Shown one piece after another: positions 19,871 to 30,391 of a DNA stretch of 64,000 nt. The stretch is from Gemmatimonadales bacterium. Lineage in GTDB: Bacteria; Gemmatimonadota; Gemmatimonadetes; Gemmatimonadales; GWC2-71-9. The first letter of the stretch is position 1. Every line of letters starts with the position of its first letter. The DNA is taken from the NCBI GenBank assembly GCA_035631315.1, contig DASQIZ010000097.1:10097-74096 (forward strand). Direction: 5' to 3'. Below the pieces are notes generated by a model. It saw only the letters and a program-made list of their open reading frames with translations. It was not told the origin of the DNA and searched no databases. The position numbers and the translations under genes were made by a program.

Positions 19871-20502
19871 GAGCGGGCGAGCTCCGCGAGAACTTCTGGA
19901 AGAACCTCATGATGCCCGGGGAAGATTTTCACCTCGGGGTCGATGCCGACCTTCCGCCACAGTCCCGCTTCGGTTTCCCGCACTTTCGCGGTGATCAGCT
20001 CATCCTTGTCTCCACAGACGACCGTGACTCTTGTCTTCGCAAAGATCGACAGATCGACTTCGGGAGGCACCGTCCCGCCCCACACGATGAGGCGTTTCAC
20101 CGGAGCGCGGGTCCGCGCCGCCCAGCGGGTCGCCGTCGCCACCCCCTGCGAGAAGCCGAGTGCGGTCACCGGGACATCGCGACCGATGCGCTCTCTCACT
20201 TCCGCGTGGAGCGCGTCGAGGTAGCCGAGGTAGTCTTCGATCTCGTGCAGACGATCTTCCCGGGTCATCCAGGAAGCGCCCATCACACGTTGCTGCGTGC
20301 GGTCGATGTAGAAGCGTGAGAGTCCCTCCGGCGCGGCGATCATCCTCGTACCGTCCGCGAGTCTTTCGAAGTCCTCTGCGAACCGGCGCGCCAGCTGTCC
20401 GTAGCCGTGACACACCATCCAGAGCTCGGACAAGTTCGGACCCGGCTCACCGAGCGTGACGTACCGCGCCGTGCGTGGGACGCGCAGGGAATGCTCTTCC
20501 AT
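19867..20502 (-). CDS. Alpha/beta hydrolase (carboxylesterase/phospholipase family)
   Basis: Nucleophile elbow GFSQG. 211 aa, 6 nt downstream of the GH38 gene. Confidence 0.6.
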   Translation of the reverse strand: MEEHSLRVPRTARYVTLGEPGPNLSELWMVCHGYGQLARRFAEDFERLADGTRMIAAPEGLSRFYIDRTQQRVMGASWMTREDRLHEIEDYLGYLDALHAEVRERIGRDVPVTALGFSQGVATATRWAARTRAPVKRLIVWGGTVPPEVDLSIFAKTRVTVVCGDKDELITAKVRETEAGLWRKVGIDPEVKIFPGHHEVLPEVLAELARS

Positions 20503-20508
20503 AATCCC

Positions 20509-23127
20509 CTAAGTAATGAGGAGGGTGACGATCTCGTGGGCCTCCGCGATGAACCGGACCGTATGGCCCCGGCCCTCCACCACCAGCGGTTCCGCTGCCT
20601 TCTCGTCGGCCCGGACACGGTGTGCGGTCTTGATCGCGTCGGGCAGACGCCAAGCGCCGACCACTCGCTCTTCGCGCGCGTTGTAGCAACGCAGTACCAG
20701 TCCCGACCCCGTCTGCGCGGGCTTCACCGCCGAGAGCACGAGCCCTCGGCCGTCGAGCGTCGCGCCAAATGCCTTCGCCCCCCCCAAGTTCGCATTTCGG
20801 AGCCAGCGGGCCCGCGTGGGCAGGAACACGTCCTCCCACAGCTCGGGCAGTACCTCGCCGGCGTCGAGGTCGCGCGACCCAACGGCGACCAGCGCCAGCT
20901 CGACCCGATCCTTGCCGAGGCATTGGCCGTCCGGCGTGGAGGTGGGCCAGCCGGCGTGACCGGGACGAGTGGGAAGATCATCGCGGGAAAGCTCCCCTGC
21001 CCCGCGCAGAATGGTGAAGAGCAGATCGCCGGTCGGCGTCCATTCGTACTCGAAGAATCCGGGCGCCAGAAGCGCGAGTCCCCGGTTGCCCTGGGCCGCA
21101 GCCACGAAGCGATGCGCCGGTGCCGTGGTCACGGGTGTTTCGCGCGGATAGTCCGCTGCGTGAACGGTGATCGGACTCCGGCGAACGGCGCCGAATGCCG
21201 TACCCGCGAGCGCGGCGCCGCTGACGGCAAGGGGGCAGCACAGCCGCAACCGGTGGTCGGCGGCACGATTATCGATGTCGAGCAGGCACCGCAATACCGG
21301 ACTTTCATCGAAGAGCTGCAGGACCAGCCGGGCCGTCGCTCCGGGCGTGTCGAACCCGACTTCGAGTGACGCGACGAGAGGCCCTCCCGCGAGGCGGCGC
21401 ACCCGAATGGGGCCGGCGGCGCGGAACGGCCGCCCCTGCGGAAACGGGGTGTAGAGATCGCCGGTGTCCCGTTCCTCTTCGAGCCGCAACAGACCCTCAA
21501 ATCGCTCGTTCGTGCGGCGATCGAGGAGGGTCACGGCGCCGGTCGGCTCTACGGTGACCTCGACAAACGCGTTCGACAGCATGCGCCCATGCACCTCGGC
21601 ACCCGCCTCCCGCTTGAGGGGCGCGGCGGCGCGCGAGCGGAGAACGGTGGAACGAAGTCCGTCGACGGCCGGCGCGTGAAAGGCGATCCGGATGTGGTCG
21701 ACTTCGTCCTGGTCGGGGTAGTGACGCGCTGCGTCCCGGCGTTCGAGCGCGGGCCGCCGGGAGAGCACCTGGATCGGGATCGCCTCCCCGTCCGCGCTCA
21801 TGAGCGCGAACTCTCCCGCGGCGTGACCATGACGTGGTTTTCGATCGCCGGGCGGCCCCACCAGCACGTCCCGGCGAAACCAGGTCGTATCGGCGATCAC
21901 GACGCCGCTCCGCGTGCGTGCGACGGGGTTCCAGAGCCACAGGGCCGAGTCGGGATGGGGATGATCGCGGGAGAGGTCGGGGTCGTGGCCCGACAGGTCG
22001 TCGGCGGCACCGTTCGCCAGCTCGCGATTGGTCGCTTCGACGGCATCGAGGCGCGTCGCCTGCGCGTGGGCGACGGGGTCGGCACAACAGCCACAGAGCG
22101 TGTCGTGGAATGTGCCGCGGAGCAACGTGCGCCAGGCCCGGTCGAGGAGGGGACGCCGGTCTCGCCCGCCCGCGCGGCGGGCCAGGGCCGCGAGCGGCTC
22201 GACGATCCGCTCGAGCTGCAGCTCGGCGCGCGAATACCGGCGCTTGAGGGGAGCGCGCGTTGAGTGCACCCCCTGCAGGGTCCAGGCGTACCGGTACGAC
22301 CAGCGGAGCTCCCCCGACAGCTCCGGCGCCTGCGCCGCCTCCGGCGCAAGCTCCTTCAGAAATTCGTCCAGACGGGAGATGCGCACGGCATTCTGCGGCT
22401 CGAGCTCCGCGATCCGCTCCCGCAGGGTCGGCAAGTCAGGGTACGGCGCGTGATGATCGGCGCCGACCGGGACCGCGATGTGATTCGTCGCGGCGCGGCG
22501 CGTGAGCTCCGCCCGAAGCGGGGCCCAGGCCTGGCGCAGGCGCTCGCGATCGGTCGGGAGAGCCGCCCCCACTTCGTAGCCGTCGGACGGGAAGTGCCAG
22601 AGCAGAAGATCGCGGCCGTCTCGACCATCGGGCCCCCGCCACCGGTACACGTCGCGCGTCTGCCCCGGCTCGCCGCCGAGTCCGCGCCAGAGGGCTGCGG
22701 CCTTGATACCGAACTCGCGGGCCAGTGCGGGGAGAATCGCCGGGTGTCCGAACGCGTCGGGCGAATAGAGCACTTCGAGGCGCCCGCCCCAGCGCGCGGT
22801 ATCGAGCGCGCCGTACAGCAGATTCCGAAGCAGCGATTCGCCGGACGGGATGAGCTCATCGGCCAGGACGTACCAGGGGCCAAGCTGCAGCCGGCCACTC
22901 TGCGCGAGCGCGCGGAGCGCGGCCTCCCGGTCGGGGCGGACGGCCAGGTAATCCTCGACCAGCACCGTCTGACCGTCGAGTAGGAACGAACGATAGGCGG
23001 AGTCATTTTCGAGCAGCCCGAGCAGATCGTCTACCGCCGGCACCAGACGTGCCGTGAAGGCCGCGCGTGGCAGATACCACTCGCGGTCCCAGTGTGTATG
23101 CGGGATCAAATGAAACGTTAGTGTCAC
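20509..23127 (-). CDS. Glycoside hydrolase family 38 (alpha-mannosidase)
   Basis: N-terminal HLIPHTHWDREWY and YSPDAFGHP. 872 aa, GTG start. Confidence 0.8.
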   Translation of the reverse strand: MTLTFHLIPHTHWDREWYLPRAAFTARLVPAVDDLLGLLENDSAYRSFLLDGQTVLVEDYLAVRPDREAALRALAQSGRLQLGPWYVLADELIPSGESLLRNLLYGALDTARWGGRLEVLYSPDAFGHPAILPALAREFGIKAAALWRGLGGEPGQTRDVYRWRGPDGRDGRDLLLWHFPSDGYEVGAALPTDRERLRQAWAPLRAELTRRAATNHIAVPVGADHHAPYPDLPTLRERIAELEPQNAVRISRLDEFLKELAPEAAQAPELSGELRWSYRYAWTLQGVHSTRAPLKRRYSRAELQLERIVEPLAALARRAGGRDRRPLLDRAWRTLLRGTFHDTLCGCCADPVAHAQATRLDAVEATNRELANGAADDLSGHDPDLSRDHPHPDSALWLWNPVARTRSGVVIADTTWFRRDVLVGPPGDRKPRHGHAAGEFALMSADGEAIPIQVLSRRPALERRDAARHYPDQDEVDHIRIAFHAPAVDGLRSTVLRSRAAAPLKREAGAEVHGRMLSNAFVEVTVEPTGAVTLLDRRTNERFEGLLRLEEERDTGDLYTPFPQGRPFRAAGPIRVRRLAGGPLVASLEVGFDTPGATARLVLQLFDESPVLRCLLDIDNRAADHRLRLCCPLAVSGAALAGTAFGAVRRSPITVHAADYPRETPVTTAPAHRFVAAAQGNRGLALLAPGFFEYEWTPTGDLLFTILRGAGELSRDDLPTRPGHAGWPTSTPDGQCLGKDRVELALVAVGSRDLDAGEVLPELWEDVFLPTRARWLRNANLGGAKAFGATLDGRGLVLSAVKPAQTGSGLVLRCYNAREERVVGAWRLPDAIKTAHRVRADEKAAEPLVVEGRGHTVRFIAEAHEIVTLLIT

Positions 23128-23192
23128 GGCCTCCTCCGGCCCGGAGGACGGCGGTCTATATTCCGCGAATCCAGGTACTCGAGGATCGATCT

Positions 23193-25526
23193 GTGCTCCG
23201 CAAGATAGCGCTCTCCATCTCCGGACTCCTCATCGTCGGCGTTGCGGCCCACCGGATCGTCCCGGGCGCCCTGGGGAACGGGGTCACGGTTCTTCCGTCG
23301 GGCTGGCGGATCTCCCCGGCCGGCAAGCAGGTCCCCATCGGTCCCCTGCCCCTCAATATCCTCCGGCTCGCAAACGGGCAGATCGTCGTCACGGTCAACG
23401 GCCATTCGGCCAACGGACTGTGGCGCATCGACCCGGCCACCGGGAAGGTTATCGACTCGCTCGTCATCAAGGCCGCCTGGCTCGGGCTCGCACATCGCGG
23501 CACGCCCGCGGCGGATACGGTCTGGGCCTCGGGTGGCAGCACCAACCGCGTCTACCGCGTCATCTATGGCCCGGGCGCACCGGCGGTCGACACCGTCGTG
23601 CTGGCTCCGCCCCCCGCGGGAATCTTCCCCGCCGGGATCGCCGTCCTGCCGGGTCGCGACCTCGTCGCCGTCGTCGGCAACCTCTCCGACTCGGTCTACA
23701 TCCTGGATTCGCGCTCGCTGGCGGTGACGGCAAGGTACGGGGTCGGACATCACCCCTACACCGCGGTGGCGGATTCCGCGGCGGTGTACGTGAGCAACTG
23801 GGGAGACTCGAGTATCGAGCGCCTGCCCATCACCGCGAATGGCGTCGTCGATGGTACCAAGCTCGAGGTTGGACCGCATCCCTCGTCGATGGTACTCCGG
23901 GGACATCAGCTGTTCGCCACCCTGGCCGGTGCGAACGAGGTTGCGCGGCTCGATCTCGACTCAGGCCGGGTGACGGACCTGCTTGCCGTCGCGTTGATGC
24001 GCGGTGCGCCCACAGGCAGCGATCCGAATGCCCTGGCACTCACGCCCGACGGGCGCAGGCTCTTCGTCGCACTCGCCGGCAACAATGCCGTCGCCGTCGT
24101 GAACGTCGGAGCGGCCACCCCGACCGTCGAAGGACTCCTGCCGGTCGGCTGGTATCCCACGGGAGTGGAAGTCTCCCACCAGGGCGATACGCTCTATGTC
24201 GCGAACGGCAAGGGGAATGGGTCGGGGCCCAACCCGTCCGGTCCGTACATCGCGGATCTGGTGCGCGGGTCGGTGTCGACCATCCCCCTGCCCGACTCCG
24301 CGGGACTCGCGTCGGCGACTGCGACGGTGATGAGTCTTTCACCGTATTCGAACCCGGCCTTGCGGGGGGCGCCACCCGACCTGCCGCCGGTCCATCACGT
24401 CGTGTACGTCATCCGGGAAAACCGGACCTACGACCAGGTGCTCGGCGACGTGAAGCGCGGGAATGGCGACGCGAAGCTCGCCATCTTCAACGATTCGGTG
24501 ACGCCGAATGCGCACGCTCTCGCCAGCCACTTCGTCCTGTTCGACAATTTCTACGTCGACGGCGAAGTCTCCGCTGACGGTCACGAGTGGACCGATCGCG
24601 CCTTCGCAGGCGAATACAACGAAAAAACCTGGCCCGCGATCTACTCGAGCCGCCGGGATTGGGATCTGGACGACGGATCGGATCTCGCCAACCCTCGCGG
24701 CGCCTATCTCTGGGATGCGGCGCGCCGTGCCGGCCTCTGGACCGTCAACTTCGGTGAAGCCGTTCACGATTCGAACGGCAGCCGCGTTTCTTCCATGCCC
24801 GGTCTCCAGGGCATCACCGCACCGGAGTTTCCCGGCTTCGAGCTGAACATCAGGGACACGACGCGCGCACGGTTGTTCGGGGATTCCGTGAACGCCTGGG
24901 ACCAGCGTGACACGTTCCCTGCGCTCGTGATTCTGTATCTTCCGCGCGACCACACCGAGGGCAAGCGCGCGACCCACCCCACGCCGCGGGCCATGGTGGC
25001 CGACAACGATCTGGCCCTCGGTCAGGTGGTCGCCCGTCTCTCGAGGTCGAAGGCTTGGAAGAGCATGGCATTCTTCGCGCTCGAAGACGATGCCCAGGAT
25101 GGACCAGACCACGTCGACGCGCACCGGTCGGTGCTCATCATGGCTTCGCCGTTTGCCCGACGCGGCACGGTAGACAGCGCCATGTATTCCACCAGCTCCG
25201 TGGTGCGGACCATCGGGATCTTCCTTGGCCTTCCCCCCCTCTCGCAGTACGACGCCGGGGCGACGCCCCTCGCCAATGCCTTCACCTCGCACCTCGACTT
25301 GACGCCCTTTCGCGTGGCGAAGGCGCGCTGGCCCCTCGGCGAACTGAACGGAAAGCAATCGTTGTCGCGGCTCACCGATCAGGACTTTGCGGGGCCCGAC
25401 CTGGCGGACGAAACGGTTTTGAATCAGGAGATCTGGCAGAGTGTCCGCGGCCGTGAGCCGCTGCCCGCGCCTCACCGGACGTACTTGCCAGGGCATGCTG
25501 TGAATGGAGATGACGACGACCGCTGA
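23193..25526 (+). CDS. Fusion of YVTN/YncE-type beta-propeller with phosphoesterase (PLC/AcpA) domain
   Basis: Start at GTG 23193, 7 nt after GAGGA, giving the signal/anchor LRKIALSISGLLIVGVAA. Propeller repeats (ALTPDGRRLFVALAGNNAVAVV, GDTLYVANGKGNG). Phosphoesterase motif VVYVIRENRTYDQVLGD and DGHEWT. Confidence 0.7.
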   Translation: MLRKIALSISGLLIVGVAAHRIVPGALGNGVTVLPSGWRISPAGKQVPIGPLPLNILRLANGQIVVTVNGHSANGLWRIDPATGKVIDSLVIKAAWLGLAHRGTPAADTVWASGGSTNRVYRVIYGPGAPAVDTVVLAPPPAGIFPAGIAVLPGRDLVAVVGNLSDSVYILDSRSLAVTARYGVGHHPYTAVADSAAVYVSNWGDSSIERLPITANGVVDGTKLEVGPHPSSMVLRGHQLFATLAGANEVARLDLDSGRVTDLLAVALMRGAPTGSDPNALALTPDGRRLFVALAGNNAVAVVNVGAATPTVEGLLPVGWYPTGVEVSHQGDTLYVANGKGNGSGPNPSGPYIADLVRGSVSTIPLPDSAGLASATATVMSLSPYSNPALRGAPPDLPPVHHVVYVIRENRTYDQVLGDVKRGNGDAKLAIFNDSVTPNAHALASHFVLFDNFYVDGEVSADGHEWTDRAFAGEYNEKTWPAIYSSRRDWDLDDGSDLANPRGAYLWDAARRAGLWTVNFGEAVHDSNGSRVSSMPGLQGITAPEFPGFELNIRDTTRARLFGDSVNAWDQRDTFPALVILYLPRDHTEGKRATHPTPRAMVADNDLALGQVVARLSRSKAWKSMAFFALEDDAQDGPDHVDAHRSVLIMASPFARRGTVDSAMYSTSSVVRTIGIFLGLPPLSQYDAGATPLANAFTSHLDLTPFRVAKARWPLGELNGKQSLSRLTDQDFAGPDLADETVLNQEIWQSVRGREPLPAPHRTYLPGHAVNGDDDDR

Positions 25527-25531
25527 TCAGA

Positions 25532-26851
25532 TCAGGCGGGTGACAACACGCTCCAATCGTCCGGGTCTCGCAGATGCACGTGCGAGACCCGGCGTGCTTT
25601 CGCCAGGAGCGCCTTGATGTCTCCGACGGCCTGCGCGCGTTCGAGCTTCCCGAACGTGGTGTGCATCTCCGGAATCTCGATGTCCTGATCGGGATCAGCG
25701 GTGACCACGAGGAACAGACCCGTGTTCGGGCCACCCTTGTGCAGCTGTCCCGTGGAATGGAGGTACCGGGGACCATATCCGGTCGTGACCACGCATCCGG
25801 TCGCGCCACTCCAGAGTCCTGCGAGTGCGCCGAGGCGCGCATCGTTCGCCGGCGTCTGCGGCAGGTAGGCCAGCACCGCCACGTAGTTGCCCGGCTTCGC
25901 CTCCGCCGCGAGCGATTTCGGCGACAGGGTTTCCGGGCTTGCTTCTGCGGTCCCGCTCGGGCGCGCCAACTCGGCGCGCGCGAGCACTTTGGCCGACTCG
26001 ACATCCGGTTGATCGAACGGGTTGACGTCCAGGGCCTCGCACAGGGCGACGGTCGCGAATTCCCAGATCAGGAACGTGGCGCCGAGGGAAACCGGGTCGC
26101 CCGAAGCGGGCGCGGTGAAGACGTCGTTCGAGTTGCGGCCCGGCCCGGGAACGGGCACCACGCCGCGCCCGTTCTTCCCCGTGCTTTCCGCCACCAGCTG
26201 TTCGATCCATGCCGCCACCGACGCGGTTGGTGTCGACACGCTGAAGGCGAGCTTGTCCTGTCCCGCGTGGGCCGCGGCGGCGATCACGGCGCCGAGCTCC
26301 CGCGCCTTCGACTCGTCCACCGCCATCGCCCCTTCCAGTACCGCCGGCCCCGGTCCGCCCATGAGCGCCAATGGCAGCATGCCCACCACCGTCAACGCCG
26401 CGTATCGCCCCCCGACATCCGCGGGGTGAGCGAAGACCTCACGCCAGCGCTCCATGCGGCCCTTGTGCTCGAGCGGGGTGCCGGGATCGGTGATAGCGAC
26501 GAAATGATCGGGGGGCGCCAGACGCGCGAAGTGGTGACACGCGGCCATCGACTCCACGGTCGTGCCGGACTTGCTCGCGATGACGTACAGGGTCTGCGCC
26601 GGATCAGAGGCACGTTCGACGGCCCGGACGGCGGCGGGATCGGTGCTGTCCAGCACCGTGAGATTCTTCGCGCCGAAGCTCGAGGCCAGAACCCAGGGGG
26701 CCAGGCTCGAGCCCCCCATCCCGCACACCACGGTGTGGGTGAGGCCGTCGACCCGGGCGCGCGCCGCGAACTCCGCGAGGCGGGGCCATTCGGTCAGGGA
26801 TTTCAGCGGAGCCTCGCGCCAGCCCCACCGGTTCGGGTCCGGGGTCGCCAT
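25532..26851 (-). CDS. pgi: Glucose-6-phosphate isomerase (short SIS-type)
   Basis: VVCGMGGSSLAP and YVIASKSGTTVES motifs. Confidence 0.7.
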   Translation of the reverse strand: MATPDPNRWGWREAPLKSLTEWPRLAEFAARARVDGLTHTVVCGMGGSSLAPWVLASSFGAKNLTVLDSTDPAAVRAVERASDPAQTLYVIASKSGTTVESMAACHHFARLAPPDHFVAITDPGTPLEHKGRMERWREVFAHPADVGGRYAALTVVGMLPLALMGGPGPAVLEGAMAVDESKARELGAVIAAAAHAGQDKLAFSVSTPTASVAAWIEQLVAESTGKNGRGVVPVPGPGRNSNDVFTAPASGDPVSLGATFLIWEFATVALCEALDVNPFDQPDVESAKVLARAELARPSGTAEASPETLSPKSLAAEAKPGNYVAVLAYLPQTPANDARLGALAGLWSGATGCVVTTGYGPRYLHSTGQLHKGGPNTGLFLVVTADPDQDIEIPEMHTTFGKLERAQAVGDIKALLAKARRVSHVHLRDPDDWSVLSPA

Positions 26852-26910
26852 GAGAGCGGAAGATAGCCACCTCTCCCCGGCTCCGTGCCGGACGCGTACT
26901 TTCGTGACCC

Positions 26911-29064
26911 GTGACCCCTGCAGACGTCCGGGCTGATCGGGATCGCCGCGGTCTTGTGATCGCGGTTGGGGCTCTCGCGTCCTTTGTGGGCACCACCCTC
27001 GCCTACTTTCTCTACCCAGCCCATCAGGCGTTTATCGCCGACGTGGGGTGGACTTGGGCCCCTGCGTATGCGGCGATTTCGGCGATTGCTACCCGTCGCC
27101 ACGCCGCGGATCCCATCGAGCGGCGCGCCCTGACGTGGATTGCCCTCGGATGCCTCTCCTGGTTCATCGGGCAAATCGGAGATGACTCGTCACACGACAC
27201 CCTTGCCGGTGCCGGGTACATCGGGATTTACCCCTGCCTGATCATCGCGGTCGCCACGCTGCTGCGCCCCCAGCTCCGGCGCGTCAGCGGCATTGCCGTC
27301 GTCCTCGACACCGTCCTCCTGACCTTCACGAGCGTGATCCTCACCTATGAACTGACCAGTGAGCTGGGACTCCTCACTGGCTCCCGGCGAACGGTCCTCG
27401 GTCTGGCGTGCGGCCTGGGAGCCGTCATCATGCTCTGGACCCTCCTCATCGGGATGCTGAACCGGACGAGAGCCCTCCATGAATACGGGACGCGCGCCTT
27501 CCTGGCGCTGACCGTGTTCGCGCTCCTGAACGTCACGTATGCCCTGCTTCAGCTTCTGACCCCCCAGGGCGGCGTTGCGACATGGTTAGTGGTGATGGGG
27601 TGGTCCTTCGTCTTCAACTTCCTCGCGGGCGGGATCGCCTGGCGCGCTCCCTTCTTGCCCCTGCGTGGCCTCGACAGTCCGAAAGCGGGCATCCTGCCTC
27701 ATCTGGTGGTCCTGATCGCCGGCCTCGGCGGCGTCTTCGGCGTGGCAGTCATCGGCATTCTGCGACCCGGCATCGACGTGCCGGCCGCAATTCTGGTAGG
27801 TGCTGGAGGTGTCGTCATCGCCGCGCGCCTCGTGCTGACGCTCCGCACCGACCAGGAGTACGCGCACCGGCTCGAGCAGGACGTGGAGCGGCAAACCCGC
27901 TCCCTCTCCGAATCGTACGCCGAGCAACGGCGGATCGAAGCGCAGCTCCAGCAGTCGGACAAGCTGGCGGCGCTGGGACAGCTGGTCTCCGGCGTGGCAC
28001 ACGAGATCAACAATCCCGCCGCGATCATTTCCGGATTCGCGCAGACCATGTTGCTCGATCAGCTCCAAGGCGAGCAGCGCGAGATGGTCGAAATGGTCCG
28101 GGACGAAGCGATGCGGATCGGGCGGATTACGTCCAACCTGCTCGCCTTTGCGCGGTCGGGGGGCAGCGAACGGGATCTGATCGACGTGAACGACGTGGTG
28201 CGCCGGACCTATGCGCTCCGGTCCTACCACCTCAGCACGCTGAACATCGCCGTGGCCGTGGACCTCTCACCCGAAACGCCCGTGGTGTGGGGGAATAGTC
28301 CGCAGCTCCAACAGATGCTCCTGAATCTGATGATCAACGCGGAGCAGGCCCTGGCCGCACAGCAGGGAAACCGGTCCATCGCCCTGCGGACCGTCACCAC
28401 GCCGGACACCGTGCGGATCGAAGTCGCGGATTCCGGACCGGGAGTTCCCGCCGAAATCCAGGCACAGATCTTCGATCCGTTCTTCACCACCAAACCCGTC
28501 GGCGTCGGCACGGGCCTCGGCCTCTCGATCTGCTACGGCATCGTGCAGGAGCACAACGGGCGGATCATGGTGGATTCGCGCTCGGGTAAGGGCGCGACGT
28601 TCATTGTGCAGCTCCCCCGGGACGCCCGTCCCCTGCCCAAGGCGTCCCCGGAGTCGGCTACCCGTCCTGCGATCGATCCCGCGGGCCTCCGAGTGCTTCT
28701 GGTGGACGACGAACCGGCTCTTCGGGAGGCCGCCCGGCGGTACCTCGAACGATCGGGGATCGCTACCGATGTCGCTTCGGACGGCCAGGCCGCACTCGAG
28801 GCGCTCGGGGCCCACGTGTACGACGTAATCATCAGCGATGTCCGCATGCCGGGGATGAATGGGCGGGATTTCATCGCCCGCCTCAAGAAGGACCGTCCCG
28901 AGCTCTTGCGACGCTTGATCCTGTCGACGGGAGACACCTTCGCCGAGGACACGGCGGGGCTCGTGGCAGAGACCGGCGTACCCACCTTGGTGAAGCCGTT
29001 CGACTTCGACACGCTCGAGCGAATGGTCCGAAAGACGGCCGGAGGCATTGAAAACGTCAAATAA
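26911..29064 (+). CDS. Hybrid sensor histidine kinase (polytopic membrane sensor + HisKA + HATPase_c + receiver)
   Basis: About 8 hydrophobic segments at the N-terminus. H-box [15 protein letters not shown]-box [10 protein letters not shown]-box [18 protein letters not shown], receiver [13 protein letters not shown]...[11 protein letters not shown]...KPF. Confidence 0.8.
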   Translation: MTPADVRADRDRRGLVIAVGALASFVGTTLAYFLYPAHQAFIADVGWTWAPAYAAISAIATRRHAADPIERRALTWIALGCLSWFIGQIGDDSSHDTLAGAGYIGIYPCLIIAVATLLRPQLRRVSGIAVVLDTVLLTFTSVILTYELTSELGLLTGSRRTVLGLACGLGAVIMLWTLLIGMLNRTRALHEYGTRAFLALTVFALLNVTYALLQLLTPQGGVATWLVVMGWSFVFNFLAGGIAWRAPFLPLRGLDSPKAGILPHLVVLIAGLGGVFGVAVIGILRPGIDVPAAILVGAGGVVIAARLVLTLRTDQEYAHRLEQDVERQTRSLSESYAEQRRIEAQLQQSDKLAALGQLVSGVAHEINNPAAIISGFAQTMLLDQLQGEQREMVEMVRDEAMRIGRITSNLLAFARSGGSERDLIDVNDVVRRTYALRSYHLSTLNIAVAVDLSPETPVVWGNSPQLQQMLLNLMINAEQALAAQQGNRSIALRTVTTPDTVRIEVADSGPGVPAEIQAQIFDPFFTTKPVGVGTGLGLSICYGIVQEHNGRIMVDSRSGKGATFIVQLPRDARPLPKASPESATRPAIDPAGLRVLLVDDEPALREAARRYLERSGIATDVASDGQAALEALGAHVYDVIISDVRMPGMNGRDFIARLKKDRPELLRRLILSTGDTFAEDTAGLVAETGVPTLVKPFDFDTLERMVRKTAGGIENVK

Positions 29065-29287
29065 CTAGACAGTTCCCCGCTGGCCCATTCCGTGGCTATT
29101 CCAGGGCAGAATCGTCACTTCTGTGAAGTTCACTGTCAAATATCTATACGAATCGCACGGTACAGTTTGTTCGTTACAAATCTCTATCTAGATATAGATC
29201 AACAACATACGTAGGCTCCGAACCAGGTACGCGATGTGCCTTAGGGTGGGCGAGCAGTTCAACCGCGCCCACACCGGAAGGCTGACA

Positions 29288-29797
29288 ATGAAGCGCTCGA
29301 CTCTGGTTCTCGCTCTCGCTGCTTCGGCTCTGATCCCCTCGATCGGTGTCGCCCAGTCCTGCTCGGCCAACAACTGCCGCACTACGAACCAGGTGGTCGC
29401 TACGGTCGGCGCCCTGATGGGCCTGTCGCTGGACCGCTCGGCGGCCGTGACGGTGAATCCGTCGGCGCAGGACATCGCGACCGGCGCGCAGGTTCTGAGC
29501 GGCCCGACGGCGCGGGTGAAGTCGAACACGGATTGGCGTCTCGAGGTGAGCGCGGCGACGACCGAGTGGACCGCGGGTCAGGGCGCGCGGAGCGGCAAGC
29601 CCGCGGCAGACCTCGCCTGGCGGGTGGGCACGAATGGTGGATACACGCCGATGTCGACGGATCCGGCGCAGGCCGCGGCTGGCAGCCACACCTCGGACAC
29701 GGAAGTGGCCTTCCAGTACCAGACGTCCTACGACAATCAGCAGGATCGGCCCGGCGCCTACACGATGGTGGTGCGGTACACGCTCACGACGCGGTAA
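29288..29797 (+). CDS. Secreted pilin-like protein P1 (paralog family with P2-P4)
   Basis: ATG 29288 sits 7 nt after GGAAGG. Signal peptide MKRSTLVLALAASALIPSIGVAQS, then the loop C-SANN-C. Shared motifs AADLAWRVGTNGGYTPMST and C-terminal GAYTMVVRYTLTTR. Confidence 0.6.
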   Translation: MKRSTLVLALAASALIPSIGVAQSCSANNCRTTNQVVATVGALMGLSLDRSAAVTVNPSAQDIATGAQVLSGPTARVKSNTDWRLEVSAATTEWTAGQGARSGKPAADLAWRVGTNGGYTPMSTDPAQAAAGSHTSDTEVAFQYQTSYDNQQDRPGAYTMVVRYTLTTR

Positions 29798-29851
29798 GCA
29801 TCCCGATGAACGACAGCAGATCCCTCGCGCCTTTCGGCGCTCGGGACAAAC

Positions 29852-30391
29852 TCAGGGCGCCGCGAGCGTGAAGACGACCGTGAGAGAGTAGTTCCCCGGA
29901 GTGTCGGCACCCCAGGCATACTTGGTCCGATAGAACATGCTCACCGGCGCGGAGCCGCCCGTCGCCGGAATGGATTGCACGGTCACCGGAGTCGTGGTGA
30001 GTCCCGCGAACGTTCCCCCAGAGCTCGTACTCCACGTCAAATCCGCACAGGGCTTGTTGGTTCGGGCCGGAGCCGACACCACGGTCGTGGTCGCGGACCA
30101 GAGGGCCGTGCCCGCGCTGATCTGGAGACGGCACGTCACGTTACACGCCACGGTCGCTGACGGTCCAGCGTTGGCGACGAACCCAGCATCGTAGTCGGCC
30201 GATCCCGGTGCAGTGAGCGCCGTTGTCGTTGTGGACAATGACAGCTGCACCACGGCATTGACCGTCATGGTGGCGGCGATCGTGGCCGTCGAACACGTGC
30301 CGCCTCCCCCAGCCGCCGTGCAGGTTTGACCCGCCAGGGTCCGAGGCCCGATGGTCAGCAACGCCAGCACCACACCCACGCCCGCCTTCAT
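29852..30391 (-). CDS. Secreted pilin-like protein P2
   Basis: Signal peptide MKAGVGVVLALLTIGPRTLAGQ, then TCTAAGGGGTC. Motifs CADLTWSTSSGGTFAGLTT and C-terminal GNYSLTVVFTLAAP. ATGA overlap with the lipoprotein gene. Confidence 0.65.
   Translation of the reverse strand: MKAGVGVVLALLTIGPRTLAGQTCTAAGGGGTCSTATIAATMTVNAVVQLSLSTTTTALTAPGSADYDAGFVANAGPSATVACNVTCRLQISAGTALWSATTTVVSAPARTNKPCADLTWSTSSGGTFAGLTTTPVTVQSIPATGGSAPVSMFYRTKYAWGADTPGNYSLTVVFTLAAP

Noticed and set aside
29822-29845. Possible bidirectional terminator between convergent P1 and P2
   Set aside because: The stem is only 5 bp plus 3 bp, interrupted by two mismatches, with no flanking T/A tracts. It is too weak to call.
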